Shown one piece after another: positions 45,503 to 54,104 of a stretch of 64,000 nucleotides of DNA (position 1 is its first letter; every line of letters starts with the position of its first letter). Made by a program: the position numbers and the translations under genes. This stretch comes from Terriglobia bacterium (GTDB lineage: Bacteria; Acidobacteriota; Terriglobia; Terriglobales; Acidobacteriaceae), in contig CAVULZ010000006.1 of the NCBI GenBank assembly GCA_963742495.1, positions 93,428 through 157,427 on the forward strand. Direction: 5' to 3'. The notes below the pieces were generated by a model. That model ran no database searches and was not told the origin of the DNA. It was given only the letters and a program-made list of their open reading frames with translations.

Positions 45503-47029
45503 ATGGCGAAACTGGCAGCGGCATTCGAACTTGCTCTTCCATTTAACAACTCAGGACTGCCGGCCTATCGCTGGCTCTATTCCTCCTTACGCGATGAGAT
45601 TCTGCATGGTCGCTTGCGGCCAGGGGCACGGCTCCCATCTACTCGCGCGTTGGCAATCCAGTACGGGCTGGCGCGAGGAACGATTGTCAATGCTTTCGAA
45701 CAGCTCAAGTCCGAGGGCTATATTGAAGGCAGCGTGGGGTCGGGCACCCAAGTCAATAAGGTCTTGCCGGAGAGACTGCTCCAGATCTCGCCCGGACCTC
45801 CAGCGTCTGAGCCTGCCACGAATCCCGCATTGCACCGAAAGCGGCAGCTCGCGATTTCAGATTACGGTCGACGGGCAAAGCTATTTGGGGGTTATGAGAA
45901 TCGTCCGACCCGCGCCTTCCGTGCCAACCTGCCAGCTTTAGATCTGTTTCCCGTGGCGCGGTGGACAAAGATCACGCTCCACTGCTTACGTCGACTTTCG
46001 AGACGCCAACTGATGGGATGCGATCCTCTGGGATACATTCCGCTTCGGCAAGCGGTGGCAGAGTACTTGATCCGGTCGCGAGGGGTGAGATGTATGCCAG
46101 AGCAAGTGGCAATAGTCTCTGGCGTGCAGGAAGCACTCGACCTGACCGCTCGACTGTTCTTGAATCCCGGAGATCGGGTGTGCGTGGAGGACCCCGGATA
46201 CCCTGGCGCAGTCATGGCGTTTCAGGCATTCCGCGCAAGGATCGTTGCCGCCGGGGTGGATGACGAGGGGATAGAGGTCCGTCGGCTTCCGTCTCAGGGA
46301 GTTCGGTTGATTTACACAACACCTGGGCATCAGTTCCCCTTGGGAACCACGATGAGCTTGGCGCGGCGACTGCAACTGCTGGAGTGGGCACGGAAGTCGG
46401 GAGTGGTAATTTTTGAAGACGATTATGACAGCGAGTACCGTTACTCGGGTCGGCCGATTCCAGCACTGCAGGGGCTCGATGACGGCGGGTTGGTTCTCTA
46501 TGCGGGCAGTTTCAGCAAGGTGCTGTTTCCCGCGCTCCGCCTTGGATATCTGGTGATTCCAGTCGACTTATTGCATCACTTCGAAGCGATCCTTTCGTTG
46601 ACCTCCCGTCACGCGACGCTGTTGGAGCAGCTCGTGCTCACTGACTTCATCATCGAGGGCCACTTCGGGCGACACCTGCGGCGCATGCGCGAGATATATG
46701 CTGAGCGTCTTTCGGTACTTTTGGAAGAGGCACGCCTGAGACTCGTCGGTTTACTGGAAATCTCAGAGGTCGAAGCTGGCTTGCAGACTATCGGATGGCT
46801 CGGTGGTGGAATCGACACCGAATCTGCGACCGCTGCTGCAGCAAAACGCAGTGTGGATGTGACTCCAGTGGATCGCTACAGCCAAGGCAGAGTCGCGACA
46901 CAGGGATTGCAGCTGGGATTTGCTGCGGTGGACGTGAAGGAGATCCGTCGCGGAGTTCGGGAGCTCGCGATCGCGCTGGACAGCGAACAGAAGGCCTTGC
47001 ATAGCGGCTCGCAGAAGTCTCGGCGGTGA
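45503..47029 (+). CDS. MocR-family regulator, copy 2
   Basis: The wHTH reads LPSTRALAIQYGLARGTIVNAFEQLKSEGYIEGSVGSGTQV. The AAT-like domain has SFSKVLFPALRLGY. It is divergent from the cupin-DoxX-EamA-DUF4440 operon. Confidence 0.9.
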   Translation: MAKLAAAFELALPFNNSGLPAYRWLYSSLRDEILHGRLRPGARLPSTRALAIQYGLARGTIVNAFEQLKSEGYIEGSVGSGTQVNKVLPERLLQISPGPPASEPATNPALHRKRQLAISDYGRRAKLFGGYENRPTRAFRANLPALDLFPVARWTKITLHCLRRLSRRQLMGCDPLGYIPLRQAVAEYLIRSRGVRCMPEQVAIVSGVQEALDLTARLFLNPGDRVCVEDPGYPGAVMAFQAFRARIVAAGVDDEGIEVRRLPSQGVRLIYTTPGHQFPLGTTMSLARRLQLLEWARKSGVVIFEDDYDSEYRYSGRPIPALQGLDDGGLVLYAGSFSKVLFPALRLGYLVIPVDLLHHFEAILSLTSRHATLLEQLVLTDFIIEGHFGRHLRRMREIYAERLSVLLEEARLRLVGLLEISEVEAGLQTIGWLGGGIDTESATAAAAKRSVDVTPVDRYSQGRVATQGLQLGFAAVDVKEIRRGVRELAIALDSEQKALHSGSQKSRR

Positions 47030-47165
47030 GCGATCCGCACGGAGACCGGATTCCGGGAGGTTTGTTTGAATGCTAAGTCTAGCGAGGAGCGCGTGGTGTA
47101 CAAAAGGCTGAACTCAACGGAACGTTGATTCAGAGAACTACCGCGGAGGCTCCTCAGCGGACACT

Positions 47166-47350
47166 ATGTATTACGTCGGGCTGGATGTTCACAAGAAGAC
47201 GATCAGCTACTGCGTCAAAGCGGGCGGCTCCCATCAGGAAGGCAAGGTGGGAGCGACGCGACGCGAACTGGATGCTGGATCAAGACTCTTCCACAACCAC
47301 GGACGATTCACCGGCTGGATCTACGATCATCTGCTTGCGCACGCAAACTC
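47166..47350 (+). pseudogene. IS110-family transposase N-terminal remnant
   Basis: MYYVGLDVHKKTISYCVKAGG...GKVGATRRELD...FTGWIYDHLLAHA matches the DEDD-type IS110 N-terminus. It is shortened internally and loses similarity after about 60 codons. No C-terminal domain is present. Confidence 0.6.
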
Positions 47351-47630
47351 CCGAGGCGCCCTTCGGATTGTTTTAGGACTGGCAGCGAACACAGACTCAA
47401 CCTTCGGTGACGTCCTTCAGGGGCCCGAGACAGCGAATGAATGTCCGCTTCTGCGAAGGCAGGAACCACCGCCGAGAGGCATACCTGCGAGCTGCGGATA
47501 CTGGCGAGTACGGTGGTGCGCGCTCCTCCGAAGCGCGCGTCAGGAGAACTGTGTTTTTCCCTTGACAAAGACTTACACGGATGTCGGCTAACCCGGACTC
47601 CCCCCGGGCCATTTGCAACGCGAAGGCCGA

Positions 47631-48005
47631 TCACGACTGTTGCTTGCTCTCGTTGTGGGTCAGGAAAATTAACTCATTACCATCGAAATCCTTCACAGCC
47701 ACCCATCGCTCCAGCGAAGACGAGTTGAAGCCGCGGCTGCCCTCCAATCCTTTTGCGCGTAACGCGGCAATCGTCTTTTCCAGATCATCTACCAAGACGC
47801 CTATATTGTTGGGTTGCCCCGAGGTGCCTGGGGCCAGGAGGTCGATGCAGATCGGGACGCCCGCAATCTCGATCTGCACAAATTCCTTGGGACTCTCTCG
47901 CAGAACTTTGCAACCGAGCACGGTAATCCAGAATTGGCGTGCTCGTTCCAGGTCTCGCGTGTAGATCGTCACGAATTCAAGCCGCCGGATCGATAGGTTT
48001 TCCAT
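47631..48005 (-). CDS. VOC-family (glyoxalase-like) protein
   Basis: RLEFVTIYTRDLERARQFWITVLGCKV...IGVLVDDLEKTIAALRAKG...VAVKDFDGNELIFL. It is divergent from MocR copy 3. Confidence 0.8.
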   Translation of the reverse strand: MENLSIRRLEFVTIYTRDLERARQFWITVLGCKVLRESPKEFVQIEIAGVPICIDLLAPGTSGQPNNIGVLVDDLEKTIAALRAKGLEGSRGFNSSSLERWVAVKDFDGNELIFLTHNESKQQS

Positions 48006-48237
48006 AGTTCCTTTCAGCCCTAATTAGGGGAGCTCAAATTCTCAGAACGATTCCAAAATCCTCCGAACACATCTCGCAGGAGTATTTGCAAAATCCATGA
48101 AATCACTGTAGTCGCGTACAATGGATATCCACAAGATCCATTTTATGTACTTGTGTTGGATCCATTGTGGAAACTGAATCGATCTGCAACCCATCTGGCG
48201 CGTCTCTCGCGAGTGGAGCCCAGTCGATCCTCGGTCT

Positions 48238-49725
48238 TTGAATATGACAAAGGTTGCAGTTGAGGTCAGGTTGCCCTGGCTCCGACTCGATGAACGCGAT
48301 CCAAGACCTCTCTCCCGCCAGCTCTACGATGGGATTCGTCAAGCCGTTCTGGGTGGGAGGCTGCGGCCCGGAAATCGATTGCCGTCGACGAGGGCCTTTG
48401 CCACCGAATTCGGAATTTCAAGAAACACCATCACAAATGCATATGAGCAATTGCTCTCCGAAGGGTATCTCGACGCACGAGTTGGCGCAGGTACGCGCGT
48501 AGCCCAATCGCTTCCGGGCTTGCTGGCCAAGAGTGCCCAAGCCTACTTGGAACCACGACGCTCAGAGCGGCACCTTCTGTCGAAACGTGGAAAAACGATA
48601 GCCGGTTGGCGCGTGAGGCCTTTGCGTGCGCCACATCAACCGAGCCCTTTTGAAGCTGGACTTCCCGACTCACAGATCTTTCCGTATGCAATTTGGCGGA
48701 GATTGATCAGTCGCCACTGGCGGCGGCCTCACTACGAACTCCTAGGGTATGGCGATCCCGCTGGATACCGACCCCTGCGCGAGGCCATCGCATCGTACCT
48801 TCGTTCAGCACGTGCTGTGAGGTGCGAAGCCGATCAGGTTTTCATTGTCAACGGTTCGCAGCAGGCGTTGAACCTGAGCGCGCAACTCTTGATCGACCCC
48901 GGCGATCCAGTATTGATTGAGAATCCAGGATATTCGGGGGCCGGCTTTGCTTTGGAGGCAGCCGGAGCGCGACTCGTCCCTTTGCCAGTTGACGACAATG
49001 GCGTCAGACTGCCCGGCCAACGCCAAATCGAAAGAAACGCGCGTCTCATTTTTGTCACTCCGTCTCATCAATTTCCTCTCGGAGTCACCCTAAGCCTGGC
49101 CCGCCGGCTGGAATTGGTGGAGTGGGCGCGTCGTCGTCACGCCTGGATTCTCGAAGATGACTACGACAGCGAGTACCGCTATCAGGGGAAGCCTCTGCCG
49201 TCCTTGCAGGGTCTCGACCAATCCGGGCGTGTCATTTATATGGGTAGCTTCAGCAAGACTCTTTTTCCATCGCTTCGACTCGGTTTCATGGTCCTGCCGA
49301 ACGACCTTGTCGAGCCGTTCCGGCGTGCTCGCTCGGTGTTGGATGTTCATTCACCCTTGTTCGAACAGGCAGTATTGGCGGACTTCGTGGCCGAGGGGCA
49401 TTTCGCTCGGCATGTCCGGCGCATGCGCTCCCTCTACGGGAATCGGCAGGCAGCCCTGCTCGAAGCGGCCAAAAACGAACTCGCCGGCTTTTTGCAGATA
49501 GAATCCGCCGACGGCGGGATGCACGTGGTCGGATGGCTCCCGAAGGGTGCAAGCGATGTGCGCGCTTATCAGAGTGCGGCGGCACACGGGATCTTCACTT
49601 GGCCCCTTTCCTACTGCTCGCTGCGAAAACTTTCCCGAGGAGGGCTTATGCTCGGGTACGCCGGGCTGAACGAGCGTCAAATACTTGACGGGGTCCGGAG
49701 GCTGGCCGCGGCACTCCACGTTTAA
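48238..49725 (+). CDS. MocR-family regulator, copy 3
   Basis: The wHTH reads LPSTRAFATEFGISRNTITNAYEQLLSEGYLDARVGAGTRV. The AAT-like domain has SFSKTLFPSLRLGF. Confidence 0.9.
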   Translation: MNMTKVAVEVRLPWLRLDERDPRPLSRQLYDGIRQAVLGGRLRPGNRLPSTRAFATEFGISRNTITNAYEQLLSEGYLDARVGAGTRVAQSLPGLLAKSAQAYLEPRRSERHLLSKRGKTIAGWRVRPLRAPHQPSPFEAGLPDSQIFPYAIWRRLISRHWRRPHYELLGYGDPAGYRPLREAIASYLRSARAVRCEADQVFIVNGSQQALNLSAQLLIDPGDPVLIENPGYSGAGFALEAAGARLVPLPVDDNGVRLPGQRQIERNARLIFVTPSHQFPLGVTLSLARRLELVEWARRRHAWILEDDYDSEYRYQGKPLPSLQGLDQSGRVIYMGSFSKTLFPSLRLGFMVLPNDLVEPFRRARSVLDVHSPLFEQAVLADFVAEGHFARHVRRMRSLYGNRQAALLEAAKNELAGFLQIESADGGMHVVGWLPKGASDVRAYQSAAAHGIFTWPLSYCSLRKLSRGGLMLGYAGLNERQILDGVRRLAAALHV

Positions 49726-50015
49726 GGTCCGCCCTATTTTCACAATCAATAAACATCGAAAATAGGCGATATTGACATGAGCTGGCGTCGGGGCAGTACA
49801 ACCACCGCCGGGCCGACTGCGAGACCGGGGTCAAGCTCCTGCAGTAGTATCTTCCCGGGTGCGCGTGCTCTGCGGGACGTTGAGATCGAGGACCTCGAGT
49901 GCCAGATCTCCTCCAACAGGACAGCGGTTCTTGCACTGTCTCGATGTGTAAGAGGACAATTGCCATTAACAGCGATTCATCTTGGGGCGGAGCCCGTTTC
50001 GTAGAACTAGAAAAA

Positions 50016-50170
50016 TTGACATTCCGCGGATAGCTGAATAATAAGCCGAGGCGCAAAGGCCAGTGTCAAGGCTCTTCGACCGCGAACGCGGCGCGCGAAG
50101 CGCGGCCTTGACACTGGCCGGGCCTCGGCTATGCTCTGGCTATCCGGGGCATGTCATTCGGGGAATTCAG
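50016..50170 (+). repeat. long-hairpin element, copy B (embedded TTGACA-17-TAATAA plus multi-stem hairpin)
   Basis: TTGACA (50016-21), a 17-nt spacer and TAATAA (50039-44) come first. P1 is gccgaggc/gcctcggc (50045-52 / 50122-29). P2 is ggccagtgtcaaggc/gccttgacactggcc (50058-72 / 50105-19). The inner hairpins are ccgc-gaac-gcgg and cgcgc-gaa-gcgcg. The outer pairing is tgacattccgcggatagc / gctatccggggcatgtca. The element ends 3 nt before the relaxase stop codon. Confidence 0.6.
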
Positions 50171-50172
50171 CA

Positions 50173-52935
50173 TCACAGGCCTAGACCGAGACCCTGACTG
50201 ATCTGATTCGTGTGCGTAGTTTGTGGTTCTATGTTGTGCGCTCCTGGCTCTTGCTGAATAGCAGGAGAATGGGACACGTCGCGGCTGAGTTCTTGCGCGA
50301 GCGTCTGTGCGTTGTTCGTATAAATCTGGGCGTCATAGCGTCCACGTGAGACCGAGACATAGGCCATGCGGCTGTTGAGCAGATCCTTGGCGCCCAACTC
50401 GGTGTCCACGTGAATGAGGACATGGTCGGCAGTCTGTCCCTGGCTGGAGTGGCTGGTCATGGCATAACCGTGGTCGAGATGCGGATGCTTGTGGAGGTCG
50501 AGTTCGACCGTGCGGCCACCGTCCAGCTGCAAGCGCAGCCGCCGGTCTCCGTCGATGCTCTCGATGGTCCCCAACTCGCGATTCGCAACTTTCAGTTCGT
50601 TGGCCGGCGCGGTGAATTGGATGCGGTCGCCCACTGAAAAACATCGCATCTCCTCGCGGAAGACCGAGACTCCCTGCTGCCTGCGCGGATCGTAAGTGCG
50701 CTCTGTGCCATCCTGCAGCTCGACTGTCAGCCGGTTCTTCGGAGCGTCAATACTCTTCACCTGTGCGTACGCGCGTTTCCCGATGCCGGTCTCCTTCGAT
50801 GCGCGCGAGTAGCGCAGCACATTGCCCACCTCATACCGTTCGGCCCATGTGCGGTCCGCGCGGGTGAGGTCTTGGCGCGGCACAAGCGTCCTGATGCGGT
50901 GCTCTTCGCTGCTGACGAGGCCACTCCGCTGCAATTCCGCATGGATGCGCTCATTGATCTCCATGCGAGAGCGATTATCGGGAGAAATCGCCAGCGTCTT
51001 CTCCGGTGATTTTGCGTAGTCCTTCGCAATCGCGGCGATGCGCTCGTCGCCGCCTTGAATCTCATGGACGCGGCCCTGCCGGCCAAGATTCTGTATTGCT
51101 TCGCGTACATCACCACGCGCAAGCTGCTCGACCACCTGTTTTAGTTCCGGGTCTTTCTGGCGCACGATCTCTTCGAGCCTCACCGTTTTCATACCGGCGT
51201 CCTGGAGCTGCGCGAAGGGCCGCCCGGCCTCAACGGCCTCATGTTGCCGCCGGTCGCCGACGAGCAACACACGGTCATTCGGATGGAGCCGGTTCACAAA
51301 CCCATGCACTTGCCGGGTCGATGCCAGCGAGGATTCGTCAAGCACATAGAGCCGCTTCTCCCCGCTATCCGGCTGCTGTCCACGTACCAGATGCTTCTGT
51401 AGCGTGGATGTCTCCAAGCCTGCTTCGCCGAGCTTCTGCGCCGCACGGGACGTGGGCGCGAAGCCTTCCACCCTGTAGCCCTCGGCCTCCGCGCCTTCGC
51501 GGATAACCGCCAGAGTTGTTGTCTTGCCCGCGCCTGCGATGCCATCTAAGCCGACCATCTTCTCACGCGAGAGAAATATTTCGTCTACTGCTTGGCGCTG
51601 TGACACATTCAACTCCGGGTGACGGTCTTCCGTGGCGATGCGAACTTGCGGCGAGACCAGCATGGGATCACTGTAGTCGCGCCGATTGCCTTGCTGCATC
51701 CGGCCAACGACCTCGCGCTCCATGCGCACCATCACGGCGGTTGTGAACTGTCTGCCAGCGCCAACGTGCGAGACTTCGCGGAACTCCCCGGCCTCGATCC
51801 GGCGCTCGAACTCCTCCCGGACCTGGGCATAGGTGGTTTCTCCAATGCCGCGCACCAGCGCTGCTTCAAGGATCGCGCGGCGGTCCTGCACCGCCGATCT
51901 CTCGAAGACATGATCGCGCGCCCATGTCACAGCCTGCTGCGCCTGCATCTCTGGCTCCGGCATCTGGTATTGCCCATGTTGGCGCGCCCGTACGACGACC
52001 CGGTCTGCCTGATGCCCGTACTGTGCGGCCAACTCGCGGTGCCGCTGTAAGACTTCTCCAGGCGACAGCAGTTCCTTGCGATCGCGAGTGTGGTGGGCCG
52101 CGATCTGTGCCGCCGCGGCTCCGTCGATTCCTTGTTCCCGGAGATGGTCTTTGATCTGTCCACGCCTCGGACTGGAAGCCTCCAGATATTCCTTCGTGTA
52201 GCCTTTTACTTCCGGCTGTCCATGCCTGCCGCGCTCCAGTTCGTAGCCCAGCTTTTCCAGACGCAGAGCCAACTCGGATCGGTAGACCGCTGTGGCGTAG
52301 CGCTGTGACACGAACATCTCGTGCGGCTGCAAAGCTCGCATCTGTTTTCCATTTTCGAGACCGTTCTCGGGCTCGGTCATGTTGAAGATCACGGCATGCG
52401 TATGAAGCTGGGGCGCAGCGTAGCCATCGACGGGCCGCGCGGTGTCGTGCTCGAAAGTGGCGGCGATGAATTTTCCGGTCGTCTCCGGGGCATGCACATT
52501 GCCGATCCGCGCCTGCGTGTACCGCTCAAGTTCCTGAAGCGCTGCGCGAACGCTCTCGCGATGGGCTTCCCGCACCCGATCATCGCCGCCCACAAGCGCG
52601 GTGATCGATACTGACTTCGGCGCGGAAAACGTTGCGTCCCATCCGGCTCGGTGCTCGGCGCTGGTCACTTCCTTGCCGAACTTCCCTTCATAGGTTCTAG
52701 AAACCTGATGCCGGACAAGCTGCTCTTCGCTGTGGGGATGCTGGCCTTCACTCAGCCGAGCAAAGTGCTCAGACTCAACTGGGCCAGTGAGCTTCCACTG
52801 CTCGGCGAGTTTGCCTTGCCATTCGCTATGGCCTTGCTGATCGCGGCTCCAGTAGTTCTGTTCCTGCGAGGCAAACTCCCGCACATGGTAGGTCTGCGCC
52901 TGGCTGGCTGACAGCGGTTTCGAGATCGTGAGCAT
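50173..52935 (-). CDS. conjugative relaxase, TrwC/TraI (MOBF-like) relaxase domain plus P-loop helicase domain
   Basis: The N-terminus MLTISKPLSASQAQTYH... includes FSAPKSVS. A histidine-triad region reads FEHDTARPVDGYAAPQLHTHAVIFN. The central P-loop is GIAGAGKTT, with a helicase-like C-terminus (YAMTSHSSQGQTADHVLI). Confidence 0.9.
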   Translation of the reverse strand: MLTISKPLSASQAQTYHVREFASQEQNYWSRDQQGHSEWQGKLAEQWKLTGPVESEHFARLSEGQHPHSEEQLVRHQVSRTYEGKFGKEVTSAEHRAGWDATFSAPKSVSITALVGGDDRVREAHRESVRAALQELERYTQARIGNVHAPETTGKFIAATFEHDTARPVDGYAAPQLHTHAVIFNMTEPENGLENGKQMRALQPHEMFVSQRYATAVYRSELALRLEKLGYELERGRHGQPEVKGYTKEYLEASSPRRGQIKDHLREQGIDGAAAAQIAAHHTRDRKELLSPGEVLQRHRELAAQYGHQADRVVVRARQHGQYQMPEPEMQAQQAVTWARDHVFERSAVQDRRAILEAALVRGIGETTYAQVREEFERRIEAGEFREVSHVGAGRQFTTAVMVRMEREVVGRMQQGNRRDYSDPMLVSPQVRIATEDRHPELNVSQRQAVDEIFLSREKMVGLDGIAGAGKTTTLAVIREGAEAEGYRVEGFAPTSRAAQKLGEAGLETSTLQKHLVRGQQPDSGEKRLYVLDESSLASTRQVHGFVNRLHPNDRVLLVGDRRQHEAVEAGRPFAQLQDAGMKTVRLEEIVRQKDPELKQVVEQLARGDVREAIQNLGRQGRVHEIQGGDERIAAIAKDYAKSPEKTLAISPDNRSRMEINERIHAELQRSGLVSSEEHRIRTLVPRQDLTRADRTWAERYEVGNVLRYSRASKETGIGKRAYAQVKSIDAPKNRLTVELQDGTERTYDPRRQQGVSVFREEMRCFSVGDRIQFTAPANELKVANRELGTIESIDGDRRLRLQLDGGRTVELDLHKHPHLDHGYAMTSHSSQGQTADHVLIHVDTELGAKDLLNSRMAYVSVSRGRYDAQIYTNNAQTLAQELSRDVSHSPAIQQEPGAHNIEPQTTHTNQISQGLGLGL

Positions 52936-52982
52936 ACCGAGGGTTCCTCAAGCGTCAAGTGGTGTTCTTGGCAATCTGTCTC

Positions 52983-53387
52983 TCATTCGATTCCCTTCGT
53001 TTTCTCCCAGGCGAACGCCTCTTTGGGTTTGGTCCCGCGCGCACCGAGGATCGAACCAAAGAGTGCGAGCATCGGCTGGGTAGGCTCCTTCAGCGGATCG
53101 GCGGGAGCATTTGCGGGCACTGATGGCGCTGGTTTCGGCCCGATCTCGGGCATCTGCCGCTGCGAAAATCTCGGCAGTCCGAATCGGATTCTGACCATCT
53201 TTATCCTCCATCTCTGGATCAAACTTGGCCGAGGTCGGCCCCATTCGATCTTTTCCACATCCCGCCATTTACGTGGGGATCGGTTCTGCAACACACTCCG
53301 CACAGCGAGTAACAAAAGGAACATCGCGGCTACCCAAAGCAATGGCGCCAAGAGCGAAGGGCTTCCGGGAAAAGACATGGCACTCAT
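52983..53387 (-). CDS. hypothetical small membrane protein in the mobilization operon
   Basis: One TM helix is present (LLAPLLWVAAMFLLLLAV). The start overlaps the stop of the MobC-like gene by 4 nt, and the ORF ends 48 nt before the relaxase start. Confidence 0.4.
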   Translation of the reverse strand: MSAMSFPGSPSLLAPLLWVAAMFLLLLAVRSVLQNRSPRKWRDVEKIEWGRPRPSLIQRWRIKMVRIRFGLPRFSQRQMPEIGPKPAPSVPANAPADPLKEPTQPMLALFGSILGARGTKPKEAFAWEKTKGIE

Positions 53388-53812
53388 GGCGTACGAGCTC
53401 TTTCCTTGCCCTCGCGGGCGAAGAAGTCGTCAAGGAGTTTGCGCGCCTGCTGAAGCTTTCGTGCGTCTGCCTGGTCGCGAATCTTGAGGACGGAATCAGG
53501 CGACAATTGTCTGCCTTCCGATGCCGCTTGAGAAGCTGCATGGAAGAGATTCAAGAGCGTGTAACGCACCGCCCAGATTTCGGCCAACATCAGTTCGCTA
53601 GGATCGGCGGGCCGCTTGCGCGCAGAGCCGAGCGCGGTCTCGCGCAGCCACTCGGAGAGAGCCTGCCCCGCGCCTTCAGCGGCCGCTTCGATCTCGGCCA
53701 GTTCGTCTGGAGTCAGCCGGGTGGCGGCAGTCTTGGTGCGGAAGCCGGGCTTCGCCTCTTCTCCGAACGGCAAACTGGACTGAGGATTAGCCTGAACGCG
53801 GGAATTACTCAT
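53384..53812 (-). CDS. MobC-like/ribbon-helix-helix relaxosome accessory protein
   Basis: TRLTPDELAEIEAAAEGAGQALSEWLRETALG is the typical MobC/RHH motif. The gene lies upstream of the relaxase. Confidence 0.6.
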   Translation of the reverse strand: MSNSRVQANPQSSLPFGEEAKPGFRTKTAATRLTPDELAEIEAAAEGAGQALSEWLRETALGSARKRPADPSELMLAEIWAVRYTLLNLFHAASQAASEGRQLSPDSVLKIRDQADARKLQQARKLLDDFFAREGKERARTP

Positions 53813-54104
53813 TGGACAAACCGCCTTGTTGCACTACTGCCCTTAATTCCAATGCGACTAAACTTCGCAATTGTTAGTTCACATCAAGTTCTTGCGCTTC
53901 AACGCGTTTACGTGATCGACGATGGGCAGCGCTTTGTCGCAAACAAAAATCATTGTTCGACATCGCAGTCACTCAGCAGGCGACGAATTTTGTTGATGCA
54001 GCGAAAGTTAACCGGCGTAAACATCGAAGCGCTGTCTGGCGCGCCGCAGTTCCCAATTTGGGGGTGACGTGTCCACCCTTCTTCCGGTGCGAAGCACCGC
54101 GTTC

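Noticed and set aside
53225-54067. A 280-aa plus-strand ORF across the mob region
   Set aside because: It is antisense to the MobC-like and small membrane protein genes, which form a translationally coupled operon with the relaxase. Its composition is junk-like.
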